From the NCBI RefSeq assembly GCF_009914755.1, contig NC_060938.1: a stretch of 64,000 nucleotides of DNA; one strand, written 5' to 3'. The position numbers and the translations under genes are program-made. Below are positions 41,129 to 56,123 of this stretch, one piece after another. The notes beneath the pieces are model-generated. The model saw only the letters and a list, made by a program, of their open reading frames with translations. It was not told the origin of the DNA and searched no databases. This DNA is from the human T2T-CHM13v2.0 reference genome, Homo sapiens. Each line of letters starts with the position of its first letter. The stretch's first letter is position 1.

Positions 41129-41499
41129 AGAGACAGGGTGAAGGGGGAGGGAGGGGCGGAAAGGGCGGGGGCAGAGGTGGGCGGGGCTGAGCGCGAGACA
41201 CCGCGAGAGCCGCGTGCGCAGGCGCGCCGGGGCGGAGGCCGCCGGCGAGCCGCGTTGTCACGCGCCGTGGCGGGTACTGGACTGGCGGAGCCCGGGGAGT
41301 GAAGTAGTGAAATCGGACCTACGCCTCTCCAACGCTCGCGTGATCACGTGGTTGGCACCCAGGCGGAAGTCTGCGGCAGTTCTTTGCGGTGAAGAACTTG
41401 CAAAGCGTTGCTGGAAAAGACGGGAGTTCTACTGACACTCCAGTCCAAAGCTAGGTGGGACCGCCTCCTGTCGCACGTTTCCGCCTGGTCCCGCGCTTT

Positions 41500-42870
41500 A
41501 GGAGCTAGGAAATGTGACAGAGGCGGTGCCTACTGCCTCGCTAGGAATGGCCGCGGAGGACTGGTCACGTGGCGTGGCTTCCGGCCTCTGGCGCGTTCCT
41601 ATTCGGGAAGGTTTTAAATGCGGAGTCATCTCTTGATTTGTCAGCGAGGCTTTGACTGTGAGCTTCGCGGCGTTCGCGCCTCACCGCCTCACCGAGGGTG
41701 GGTCTTTCGCGCGCAGAATTGTGTAGGATTTTCCAAAGGGAGTAAAAGCCGATCGGGGCCTACTTTTAACATTCCACAATTAGTAACGTCTGATTCGTTT
41801 GTTTCCACAGTGGGTACGCTGCGAAGACTAGGCTTATGTTACCCAGAGGTTAGTCCTCTACTAGGCCACGTACTTTAAATAATTTATCACGCTAGTGGAA
41901 ATGCGGGGTGGAAGAAAACCCCACCAGCCTTTGGATTGTAACAGCACAGTAACTTTCCCTGGTTTTTAAAAATATTGCCAAAATACTGCGACTCCATGTG
42001 GCCAACGTATAGTGACTGATCACTTTGAAATGCATGCCCTTGACCCACCAACTCGCATGGCCTCTCGCTATAAGAGAGCAAGCCGGCTGTGTTCCATGTT
42101 CAATTCAATAAGTGCAATTCAATAAGCTTTTGACTTGTTCTGCCCAAGCAAATCCTGCCTTTATATCGACCTTGCAAGCAGAACAGAGAATGCTGTTTGG
42201 AAGGCAGAATTCATAGTACCTAGTTTTCTTGTCCCTGGGAATTTTGAGGGACTTGAAATGTCGCGTGGATGAGTGAGGGAGTTTGTCTTCCAGAGACAAA
42301 GCAAAACGAAACGTCAAAGTTCTGTGCTGGTGAAACCAGATTTGAAGAATATCAAAGGCGTCTTACCAAAGAGGAAAAAAAATGCATCTTGCCAAGACTT
42401 GAAGAAAGGGATTAGAGAAACCAGAGGCCTTGAATACTCAGAAAATGGGAGATTGTGAATGGGTGTAGAGGATATCTATGAACCTTGACATTTCTTTTCA
42501 CGCCAAGTCCATTCCCCTGTTAACAGTTGCTTCCCAGTTTCCTGCACAGCTGCATGGTCTGGGACACTTAAAGAAAAAAATCACAGGAAATCAGTGTTCT
42601 TGGTATATTATATAAAGTTATGATTCTATCAACATTTGTAATTCATTTAATATTCAGGTGACAGCCCGAAAATTTACACTAAACAATACCATTCCTGTTA
42701 AGTTTTACTACATATTGAGAGGACTTCTTGTTACCTCCCTATTACATACTCCCAAACGCTTTGCACATGGAATCCCTCACCTTCCACCTAGTTTTCCCCC
42801 CTACTATTGATATTCTTGACTAAAAGGTTGAGTAGTTTCGCCATCAATTAAAGTTAAAACCACTGCAGAC
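41500..42870 (+). ncRNA. Possible divergent spliced lncRNA (GTF2A1-AS1 region)
   Basis: Donor GAG|GTTAGT at 41849, acceptor GTTTGTCTTCCAG at 42293, ATTAAA at 42847-42852; boundaries inferred. Confidence 0.35.
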
Positions 42871-43873
42871 AGGACAGGGAAGAAAAGCTACGAGGTTTGC
42901 TCTTCACAGAATTAATCTGTGAAATAATGGATTGTAGTTACTGGATTAAAATGGCAGAAAACCTAGTCTTGGCCTCCTTAAGACCATCAGACTCCCTGGA
43001 GGCTCTGAGTTGGCTTCTCTCTTTACACCTAGATTGCAACAAGACCTAAGCACTTGGTTAATATTTACCCAGGAACTTAGATTGCTTGTGTGTCTGGCAT
43101 CTAGCCATCATGGATTCCATTCCAATATATTGGTTTTCCAGTCCCTCAATAGCTGTTATATGCCTTCATTGCAACATATGTGTGCCATCCAGTTTAGTTT
43201 CGGAAAGAAATATTTTCTGTTATACCAAAATTGTAGGACTGAATACTTGGAAGCTGCAGCCCTTTAATTCACAAAACAAAATTTGTGAGAGAAAACTTCT
43301 CCCAAGTAAGATTACATTTAGCATCATATTTAAATTGTTTCTATCTGAACTTTTTATTCTTGGTCTCCTACAGCTTGAATGACGTTTCTAACTTTAACAG
43401 CTCTTTCTACTATATAAAACATTTATACAGGATTTGCTGTTTGTGATCTTACACTTTGTAGCAGCTATGTACTTAGATAGATACATAATAGTACTCTCCT
43501 TGTGATGAATGTTTATGTGTTTTTTTTAACTTCAAAATGATTTATACTGGGAGTTAAAATGTTGCGTCTTTCTTTTAATATGCAGCCTAAACACTAGATA
43601 ACTGTAAAACAAGAGAAGAAAAGGGAAAAAAAATCGATGTATAAATTTTGCTACACCAACAACAAAATGACAGCAAACCTTCTGTGTCCAAACATTTAAA
43701 TATTTTACTGTCCAAATGACTATTTTAGCAACAATGCCAAGAAAGAGAAGAGTCTAAAAAGATTGTGGAAATTGGCTTAAACTAAAATCTTGTGACTTCC
43801 CAGCAAACTCCATTTTCTTAAATAGTGAAGAAAGAAAAAAAACAAAACTAGTTTTGAGGCATATTTAGGCCCT

Positions 43874-44021
43874 AGTGCTCAGTATGTATTGGGCACTTTG
43901 TATGTATGTATGTATGTATGCTCAGTATGTATTGGGCACTTTGTATGTATGTATGCTCAGTGTGTATTGGGCACTTTGTATGTATGTATGTATGTATGCT
44001 CAGTATGTATTGGGCACTTTG
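43874..44021. repeat. Minisatellite: 4 copies of TGCTCAGTRTGTATTGGGCACTTTG separated by (TATG)n
   Basis: Seen directly. Confidence 0.95.
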
Positions 44022-44068
44022 GGAGGATACAGAATTGAAGAAGAAAGATGCCTTGAGCTTACTAATCA

Positions 44069-44385
44069 TTTTTTTTCTTTCCTTCTTTTTTTTTTTTTTT
44101 TTTTTGAGACAGACTCTTGCTCTGTCATCCAGACTGGCATGCAGTGGTGCGATCTCGGCTTACCGCAGCCTCTGCCTCGTGGGTTCAAGCTATTCTCCTG
44201 CCTCAGCTTTCCAAGTAGCTGGGATTACAGACTCACACCACCACGCCCAGCTAATTTTTGTAATTTTGGTAGAGACGGGGTTTCACCATTGTTGGCCAGG
44301 CTGGTTTCAAACTCCTGACCTCAGATGATCCACCTGCCTCGGCCTCCCAAAGTGCTGGGATTACAGGCGTAAGCCGCCGTGCCAA
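44069..44385 (-). mobile_element. Alu
   Basis: Dimer. Confidence 0.93.
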
Positions 44386-45047
44386 GCAAGTTTACCAATC
44401 TTAATGAAAGTCCCTGTTTTAAAGTGTAGTGCATAGTCATAGCATTCATTTAAGCTGTTGAAAGCATACATATTTCAGTCCTACCAAAAAAAATTATACT
44501 GCATTCAGATTTCACCTATGTTTTTGTCATTTTCAAAGAAACTGCCGATTTTCACATGCACAAATTTTTGATGGTGGCTATAAGAAATTGCTGACCATAC
44601 AAATTAGTTCTATACATGTGATGAAGAGATTTTTTAAAATCTTTTTAAATTATCTTTGTCTGTTGTAACTTAGTTTGAAATTGCTACTTCATGTCTTAAA
44701 ACACCAACCAGCTCTAAGTTATTTTCTGTAGAACAAAGTGTAGACCAGTTTGTAGTTTTTAGCAAAAGTAAATTAACTTAGTGTGGAGTTTTGGTGGAAT
44801 CAGGTTTGACTCTTGCCACTAAATTCCTGTGTGACATTGTGCCATGATTCTGTGTCAATAAGGTGAAATAATCACCACCACCTATCGTTGTTGGAAAATC
44901 AAAGGTAGTAGGAAGTGCTTTGACAAGTATTTGGTGGGTGTTTTATTATTAATGGTAACTGTAACAGCTACACCAATATCATCAAAGCTGGGGAAAGATG
45001 TTCTTAAATCACTTTGTAGAACACTACCATTACATTTTAATCATGAT

Positions 45048-45604
45048 GGCTGCATGTTGTGGTTCATGCCTGTAATCCTAGCACTTTGGGAGGCTGAGAC
45101 AGGCAGATCACTTGAGGCCAGGAGTTCAAGACCAGCCTGGCCAACATGGCGAAACCCTGTGTCTACTAAAACTGCTAAAAATTAGCCAGGTATGGTGGCA
45201 TGTGCCTGTAATCCCAGCTACTTGGGAGGCTGAGGCATGAGAGGCAAAGGTTGCAGTGAGCCAAGATCGTGCCTGGGCACCAGAGCTGGAGACACACTCT
45301 GTCTCAAAAAAACAACAACAGCTGGGAGTGGTGGCTCAGGTCTGTAATCCCAGCACTTTGGGAGGCTGAGGTGGGTGGATCACTTGAGGTCAGAAGTTTG
45401 AGACCAGCCTGGCCAGCATGGTGAAAACCCATCTCTACTAAAAATACAAAAATTAGCTGGGTATGCTGGTGCCTACTTGTAATCCCAACTACTCAGGAGG
45501 CTGAGGCACGAGAATCACTTGAACCCAGAGGCTGCAGTGAGCCAAGATTGCACCACTGTACTCCAGCCTGGGTGACAGAGCGAGACCCTGTCTCAAAAAA
45601 AAAA
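45048..45604 (+). mobile_element. Two tandem Alus (approx. 45048-45319 and 45320-45604)
   Basis: Second starts in the tail of the first. Confidence 0.92.
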
Positions 45605-45622
45605 TTTTTTTTTAAATAATGA

Positions 45623-46237
45623 TGTCAGTGGCCAATGCTTACTTTACAAGAAACTCAGCCAAATTTTGATAACTCAAGTGGTGAATATCTAACAGCATCC
45701 CAGCCTCACAATGCATTTTAAAACTTGTTTTTTCTTTCTTGCTTGCCTTCAGCCTTGAAACATACTTTGAAACTGTTTGTCCCTTTCCCACCAGCCTTTT
45801 CTGAGAACAGGGCTCACTTATCTTAATGATGTGCTTGCTTAAAAATTCCAGGGGCCAATTTTGAAACAAACTAGACAGAGAGACCCCAACTGCAGAATCC
45901 TCCTGCTCAAGGGGGATTAGGAACCATTAGCCCAGCACTACCAGCTGAGGTCAGGATGACATGAACTGGGCCTTCAGGCAGGCAGTTACTGAAGATGACC
46001 GTCAGAAGAAGACACACAGACCTACACCTTCCTGCGCTACTCCTGCATATTTCCCACACCTTTTTGCTTCTTAAACCCCTTCACTCACTCCAAAAAGTTG
46101 GAGTGATCTGTTAAAGGCATGAGCCTGTCCATCCCCCAACTGCTAACATTGGAATAAAGTTGCTTTCCTTTCACTACACGTCGCTTCTCATGCTTTCAGC
46201 CTCTGAGCAATGAGCAGTCAGACTTGAGCTGGTTATA
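45623..46237 (+). mobile_element. Solo ERV LTR, family unassigned
   Basis: TG start, TATA-like CTTAAACCCC near 46070, AATAAA near 46153, LTR-like U5 end. Confidence 0.6.
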
Positions 46238-46247
46238 AGTACGGAGC

Positions 46248-46248
46248 A

Positions 46249-46288
<40 letters not shown>

Positions 46289-46575
46289 TTTTGGAGATTG
46301 AGTCTCACTCTGTTTCCTAGGCTAGAGTGCAGTGGCTCGATCTTGGCTCACTGAAACCTCTGCCCCAACAGGTTCAAGCAGTTCTCCTGCGTCAGCCTCC
46401 CAAGTAGCTGGGATTACAGGCGCCTGCCACCGTGCCCTGCTAATTTTTGTATTTTTGGTAGAGACAGGGTTTCACCATCTTGGCCAGGCTGGTCTTGAAC
46501 TCCTGACCTTGTGATCCACCCGCCTTGGCCTCCCAAAGTGCTGGGATTACAGGTGTGAGCCACCGCGCCCAGCCC
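46248..46575 (-). mobile_element. Alu with (TA)n at its tail
   Basis: Dimer; (TA)n 46248-46270. Confidence 0.93.
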
Positions 46576-46982
46576 ACAGCATAATTTTTGTATGTTAATA
46601 TAATGAGATGATTCCTTAAGCTGAAAGCTGATTTATTGATTAAATATATCAGATTGCTTAGTTACACATGTGCCCAACTATATGTAGTAAAAGTTATGTA
46701 TGAATTTGCCCATTGACCTAGCAATGCCAAATCTAGGACTCTGTCCCACAGATACTGTAGCAAAAATAAGAAAAGATGTATGCCTCAGACTATTTGTTGT
46801 AGGACTGCATTAACACCCATCCTACCATATAAACTATATTTACTTTATATAAAAAGTAAATATTTTATATAAGAAGATTATATAATACGTCCATGTCCCA
46901 CATGTCCATATAAGGAGGTTGGTTGAATAAACTATAGTACATGCACACAGGTGAGGACTATGCAGCTGGAAGAAGAAATAAG

Positions 46983-46985
<3 letters not shown>

Positions 46986-47033
<48 letters not shown>
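46986..47033. repeat. (TA)n microsatellite
   Basis: Seen directly. Confidence 0.95.
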
Positions 47034-47037
<4 letters not shown>

Positions 47038-47170
47038 CACTATGGATTGATCTTTGGAATATAATGCTGAATGAAAAAAGCAAGATGTGGAAAAGTATTC
47101 TTTGCCTCCATTTAAGAAAAGAGAAAATACAAAAATGTGTGTAATATACTTGCTTACTATTTTTTTTTTA

Positions 47171-47509
<339 letters not shown>

Positions 47510-48552
47510 TTACCTATAAGGACTGGGAGAGAAGAGTATGGAGAAGACAGAAAAAAAAGCGTTATTTAAATGTACTTTGTTTTTTAGATTTGACTGAAAA
47601 CACACATTTTACTTAGTTTTTTAAAAATCAACTTTTGAAAAGCAATTCCCCAAACTAAAAATTAAGTTACTTAACCTAACCGGATATTACATAACACACA
47701 AAGAACTTTTTCAAGTGACTTTCAAACACAATAATTTGACTAGATATCCATAGTGGGATATTTTTAAGGAGAAAAAGAAATGTCCAAAAACATTTAAGTG
47801 TTTGCATTTGTATTGTTGGTGATAATGTTTGGAAATGTATTTTGATAATTTTATGTGAAATGTGGATTAAAGAATACGAGTAATTATATTATGTTCTAAT
47901 TATCTAATCCCAATTGTTCTTGAGAACCAGGCTCTCAATAGATTGGATAAGGCCTACCTGCATTATTGAGGGCAATCTTATTTACTCATTCACAATGCTA
48001 ATCTCTTATCATATGGGAGAAAGACGATGCAGATGTAAGGTACAGGAGGATAAGTACAAATTCTGTAGTCCTGAATTTGAATTAGAAGTATCATGGTGAA
48101 TTTTGTCAAAATTCCCTGCTGGCTCTGAAGAGGCCTAGAAACAATTACCAACACAGTAGTAATGAGTATATTTGGTACCTAAATTATAAGATTTCAAGAC
48201 CAGTGCTCTGTGGAGAAATGTCTGATTCTGATTCCAAGTCAAGAGCAGGAAATGTCTTTTCTTAACAACAAAAAAAACCCAAACTCAATGTTTCATCTTA
48301 TAAAATATATTTGTCCCCATAAAAGCTAAAACAAACCATGACCAGTCCAGTGCTCCAGAATTTGGGAGCACCTCTTGCTCCCAGATCATTATCTTGAAAT
48401 ACTATTTTCCAAGGAATAATGGCTCTTCAGAGATATTACTGACTCTAGGACTGGGATTAAAAAAATGTTTAAACCAAATGAAATTACCAATTATTGCCCA
48501 AAATAAGACAAAGTGACTCTAGAATATCTTTTCATGTGGATAACAAGTAAGG

Positions 48553-50528
<1,976 letters not shown>

Positions 50529-53500
50529 ATATTTTGGTACTGAGAGTGGTTCTAGAGGAACAGAAAGTACTGATAGTCCAGGGAGTGAACTGTTTCTAGA
50601 GATATATAAAATATCTGCATTGGATACTCCTAACTAATAAGAAGCAAAGAGCTAAGTAACTCTGTATATGATACTTTTGAACATTTTTGGACAATGGAAA
50701 ATAAGGAATATAATGACATTGGTTTGTTGCTTCTAATGTAGGACCAAGTGGTAAAAGAAAAGGAGGGGCTCAGGATTCAAATTTCCAGCTCACTCACTGT
50801 ATAAATGACTTAAAAACTTGTAGTTGTGCCCTGAGAAATCATTAACTCCTGTAGCCACAGGGCTAAAATTGCTGAAAATCAAACCCAGGATCTCATTGTG
50901 CAATTGGCTGAATTACAAAGCAAGTTGAACTCCCAGCCTCACGTGATATCTACTGTTAAAGTGATGGCATTGGTTGAGAAAAAGTGGGATCCTGTAAGAT
51001 GGGATGGGGATATGTAGGAAGAGCCTGATGAAGCTACAGACATTGAGACCCTAAATTCTGATGCATCTTCTTTGCCAGTGGAAGAGGTTTCTCCATCCCC
51101 AGCAAAAGTAACCTTCCCAATCCCAGTGAAAGTGGCCTCCCCACCCTAAATGGCATAGGTCTCCCCACCTCTGGTGGTAGCAGCCTTCCCACCCACAGTG
51201 GTTTCCGTATTTCTACCTCAGTCTGAGGTATTTAACCCTGAGGAAGCAGTAATGGCTTCCTCTGAGGCAGTTGCTATGCAAGACAGTGCTGGTTCTTCTC
51301 AGGATCTAATCTACCCCTGCCATCCCTGAAGGGCCTACTTTGAGTTAAAAAGTGTGACCCATGAGAAGGTGCACTACATTCCAAAAGAACTACTTGAGTT
51401 TTCTGATTTATATAAGGAGAAATCTGGGGAACATATATGGGAATGAATATTAAGAGTGTAGGAGAATAGTAGAAGAAACAAAGTTGAATCAGGCTGAATG
51501 TATAGATATGGGCTCACTAAGTTGAGATTCTGCATTTAATATTACAGAAATATTACATTATTTCTAAATCAGAGAGTTAGAAAGGGCTCTAACAGTTTGG
51601 TTGGTTGCTGAAACATGGGTCAAAAAGTGGCCCACCAAGAGTGAGTTGGAGATGACTGATGTCTCTTAATTTAATATAGAGGAATGGATTCAAAGGGTTA
51701 GGGAGATTAAAATGTTAGAGTGGATTTGTCATTTAAGACCTATTTACCACACTGGGTGGGTCCAGAAGACATACTTTTCACCAATACTTTGAGAAATAAA
51801 TTCATAAGGGGAGCCCTAGCATCCTGGAAGAGCTCCATGATTACTCTTCTCTATAGGATAGACCTTACAGAGGGAACCACAGCCATTCAGTTGGAAAATG
51901 TAAACAGAGTGAGAGTAATTGGATCTCAGGGTGACAGGGGCCAAGGGTCAGCACTCAGGTAACAAAGGCAAAGTGGATGTAGTTATTGTAATGCCCAGCA
52001 GAGTCAAAGCAGCAATCACCGTAGTCTGACACACAGGGACCTATGGTGTTAGCTAGTTATCCATGGTGTTCCTAGATGTGAAATAGATAGGAAGCCTACT
52101 AAATTCTTACTTGGTCTGTATGAGCAGAAAAGTTCCAGGTTAAGTGAAAAAAAAGTCTAAGTTGAATTATAAAACAGAGAGTCATAAACCCCCATTCAAT
52201 TCCCAGAGTTTAGCCAGTTTATAGACCCAGAGCCCTTTGGACAAAGAGCAGTCAGGTCCCATCAAGAGAAGACCCTGGTGCACTACTGAAAATTGATACT
52301 GTTAATGCTTAGCCCAGCCTTCTCCAAAGGGACTTACACAATTTTACCAGAGTAACCGTGCATGGGTTTCCGGCAGGGGGGTGGGTGGGGGGCAGGGAGC
52401 GGGTGGAGGAATCAGAACTTTAAGGGACTACTGGACACTGGCTCTGAACTGACAGTGACTCCAGGAGACCCCAAACATCACTGTGGCCCTCCAGTCACAA
52501 TAGGAATATATGGAGGTCAAGTGATCAATGGATTTTTAGCTCAGGTCCTAAAGTTTTAGCTTTAGGAGGTTTAGCACAGTACATCCAGTGAGTCCTCAGA
52601 CCTATCCTGCAGTTTTTTCTTCAGTTCCAGAATGCACAATGGAAGTAGACATACTTAACAACTGGCATAATCCTTACTTTGGTTCCCTGACCTGTGTGTG
52701 GAGTGGGGACTATAATGGTGATAAAAGCCAAGTGGACGCCATTAAAACTACTTCTATCTTGGAAAAGTGTAAATCAAACATAATACCACATCCTTGGAAG
52801 GGTTGTAGAGATTAGTGCCACCATCAAGGACTTGAAAGATGCAGGGGTGGTGATTCCCATCACATCTCCATTCAACTCTCCTATTTGGCCTATGCAAAAG
52901 ATGGATGGATTTTAGAGAACAAGTGGATTATAAGCTTAACCAAATGGTGACTTCACTTGGAGCTGCTGTAGATATGGTTTCATGGCTTGAGCAAATTGAC
53001 ACATCTCCTGGTACCTGGTGGGCAGCTATTGATATGGCAAATGCATTTTTCTCCATCCCTATACACAAGGCCCATCAGAAGCAGTCTGATTTCAGTTGGC
53101 AAGGTCGGCAATACACCTTCATCATGTTACCTCAGTGATACATCAAGTCTCTAGCCCTATGTCATAATTTAGTTAGCAGAGATCTTGTCTACTGTTTCCT
53201 TCCACAAAATATCACACTGGCCCTTTACATTAATGACATTGTTAAAAGGAAAACTTTAGCCAAATTAAATTTAAAAGAGTTTAATTGAGTAAAGAATGAT
53301 TCGTGAATTGGGCAGTGCCATGAGCCAGAGTAGGCTCAGACCCTAGTGCACCCCTGTAGCAGAAGGTTTATGGACAAAGGAAAGTGGTGCACAGAAAATC
53401 AAAGTGAGGTACAGAAACAGATGAATTGGTTACAGCTCAGTGTTACCCGTATTTGAACACAGTTTGAACAGTTGGCCATATTTGATTGGCCAAAACTTGC

Positions 53501-54345
53501 TGACTGATATAAGAGTAGGCTACGGTCTATATACAACTCCATTTAGGTTATAGTTCATGATGTACACAGACACCTTTAGGCTGAAGTTAAAATATGTAAG
53601 GAAGAAGGTTTAGGCTAAACTTGATTTAACAACATTATACTGATTGGACCTAGTGAGTGAGAAGTGGCAACTACTCTTAGACTTGTAAAACAGTTGTGTG
53701 TCCAAGAATGGGAGATAAACCTGACTAAAATTCAGAGGCCTTCTATCTCAATTAAATTTCTAGGGGTTCAGTTGTGTGAGGCATACTGAGATAGCCCTTC
53801 CAAAGTGAAGGATAAGTTGTTGCCTTTGGCCCCCCCTACAGCCAAGAAAGAATTGTAACCTCTAGTGGGCCTATTTAGATTTTAGGTGCAACCTATTCCT
53901 TATTTGGATTTGTTACTCTAGCCCATTTACCAAGTGACCCAAAAAGCTGCTAGTTTTGAGTAGGGCCCAGAACAGGAAAAGGCTCTGCAAGAGATCCATA
54001 CTGCTGTGCAAGCTGCTTTGCCACTGGGGCCATATGATCCAGCCGATCCAGTATTGCCTGAAGTCTCAGTGGCAGACAGGAATGCTGATGGAGTCTTTGG
54101 AAGGCTCCTGTAGGTGAACTGCAGTGCAGCCCTTTAGGATTTTAGATCAGGACCCTGCCATTTTCTGCAGATAACTATTCTTCTTTTGAGAGACAGCTCT
54201 TGGCCTGTTACTGGGCCTTAGTAGAACCTGAGTGCTTGACCATGGGCTACCAATTACTGTGTGACCTGAGCTGCCCTTCATGAACTGGGCATTATTTGAC
54301 CTGCCAAGCCATAAAGTTTAGTGTACACAGCAGCACTCCATCATC
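50529..54345 (+). mobile_element. Decayed ERV-L (HERV-L-type) internal region: gag, pro, RT, RNase H remnants; 3'-truncated
   Basis: Protease LLDTGS 52428-52445; RT AIDMANAFFSIP in ORF 52905..53138; YINDI at 53226; many stops and frameshifts. Confidence 0.9.
53240..53631 (-). mobile_element. MER57-type solo LTR (ERV1) inside ERV-L pol
   Basis: TGTTAA...TTAACA termini; 4-bp TSD ACAT. Confidence 0.88.
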
Positions 54346-54439
54346 ATGTTGGTCAGGCTGATCTCGAACTCCTGTTACTTTTGAACATCCTAGTCATTAA
54401 TATATGGCTCTGAAAAGGGGGAAAAAAAGAAAAATAAAT

Positions 54440-54908
54440 GGAGTAGGGGGTGCCAGCCCTTTTAATCCCCTGGAAGTTGCTTCAGCTGGAGGGGGAGGGG
54501 CATACAACAGTTGGGAGAGGTCAATAATGGCTACCTGCCTCTGTCTGCACCTTTGTGAATCAGAAACAGCAATCAGTGATTAAAGTCCAGATCCCTGATA
54601 TTTGGAGGAAAGGGTCCTTTTTACTCACCCTGGCATCTGCAAGCTATATGAAAGCTGCTCCTGGAATGTGTGCATGGCTGCTTGCCAAAGGGCTGGGGGG
54701 TGGGGGATGGGTAGCTGCTACTGTGCTAAGCTAAAATTGACCAGAATTAACTGCAATTTACCATCCAAGCCTTCCCTGGAAGCTGCAAGCCTTCAACAGA
54801 CACTAGAGTTTCAAAATAGGTAAGACAGATTCCCTCAGTGCAATTGTTGTCAAGTTGGGGAGACAGATTTCAGGTGCTCTCTACTCTGCTATCTTCCCAG
54901 AGTCCTCT
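54440..54908 (-). mobile_element. Old L1 5' end/UTR fragment
   Basis: Reverse strand begins GAGGACTCTGGGAAGATAGCAGAGTAG, resembling the L1 5' YY1 box. Confidence 0.55.
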
Positions 54909-55569
54909 CTTCTAATAATTTTTTGAAGGTGGGATTTATTAGAGACTATTTCCTAACTGTTGGAAAAATCCAACAGAAAATCAAAACATAATAGTACAAG
55001 AGAAAGTGCTTATTACAGACATCTGTCCTTGAGAAAGGCTGAAGATAGGCTTTAGAGGTGTTCATCTTTGCTAGGAACATCTTTTGCTTTTGTGTACTGT
55101 AAAAGGAGAAAAAAATGTGGGCAAAGAAAGTCAGAATTGAAATGAGAGAAAAGAATGTTAGAATGAGCTAGTAGATTTAGTGGGGAAAGAAAAGTAACTC
55201 CCTGGGATTGCTTTCACTTTTTCTATAGAATACAAGAGAAAGTTACCAGCTGAGAGTGAGGTGTAAAAGATACTAAGGGATTGTGAGAAGTTTGAGAAAA
55301 GAGGAGAACACCCAAAATAGCCATTTCTTGAGAGCAGAAGATCAAATGTATTAAATACGGGTATAAGTTTGTTATGTAGAATTGATTGCTCACTTGAGAT
55401 TTGGAGTGAGAATCATCATGGCTGCATACTTTGATCTGTTAGTTACTTGTGGGAAAGCACAGACTAGGTGGGCGTTTAGGCTTAAGTAATGTGCAGACAT
55501 CACTAACTGTCCCCAAATAGTCACATCCTCTTTTCTTTTAATAATAGAATGCCCTGAGTTTTAGCCAGT

Positions 55570-55890
55570 TGTCTTATTTCATTTGTGCTGCTACAACAAG
55601 ATACCTGAGACTGGGTGACTTATAAAGAACAGAAACTTACTTTTCACAGTACTGAGGGCTGGGAGTCCAAGATTAAGGAGCTGATAGGTTCAGTGTCTGG
55701 TGAGAACCTGGACTCAGCTTCCAAGATAGCGTCTTCTGGAAGGGAAGAATGCCATGTCTTCACATGATGGAAGGAATGAAAGGGTTGGAAAAGAGTGAAC
55801 TTTCCCCCTTCAAGTCTTTTATAAAGGCATTTATCCATTTATAAGGGCAGAGCCCTCATTATCTAAATAACTCCCCAAAGGCCCCACTTC
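55570..55890 (-). mobile_element. MLT1A/MST-type MaLR LTR
   Basis: tgtgctgctacaacaagatacctgagactggg...ggctgggagtccaagat. Confidence 0.8.
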
Positions 55891-56123
55891 CCAGCTGATC
55901 CAATAGGGTGCGAAATGTGATGTGTGCAACTCCTGAGTCATCTTCATAAAGAGGAGACCACTTGCCCTGATCTCAGTGAGTGACTATGATGATAGTCCAT
56001 TGAATCTAAGGGGTTCAATGAGATGTGTGTCTTTGAAAGGGCAATAGATAATGAAAAAATAATAGACTCAGTGAATTGGAAGTTGTAATGAAATAAAATT
56101 TTGAAGTGAGATATTAGATAAAT

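Larger units (their letters stand above)
40200..41770. promoter_or_regulatory. CpG island / bidirectional promoter of GTF2A1
   Basis: Very high GC and CpG density; GC boxes 41153-41187, NRF1-like TGCGCAGGCGC 41215-41225, E-boxes CACGTG 41345-41350 and 41566-41571, ETS-like GCGGAAGT 41363-41370 and CTTCCGG 41578-41584. Confidence 0.92.

Noticed and set aside
40187-41878. Many overlapping 60-190 aa ORFs across the CpG island
   Set aside because: GC-rich DNA lacks stop codons; peptides are low-complexity G/A/R/P; only 40663-40692 fits the spliced gene
43874-44021. CRISPR-like repeat-spacer array
   Set aside because: Spacers are (TATG)n rather than unique sequence, there are no cas genes, and the context is mammalian; it is a minisatellite
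51720-53138. Functional retroviral gag/pro/pol gene
   Set aside because: Short fragments with stops and frameshifts, YIND in place of YIDD, and an LTR insertion
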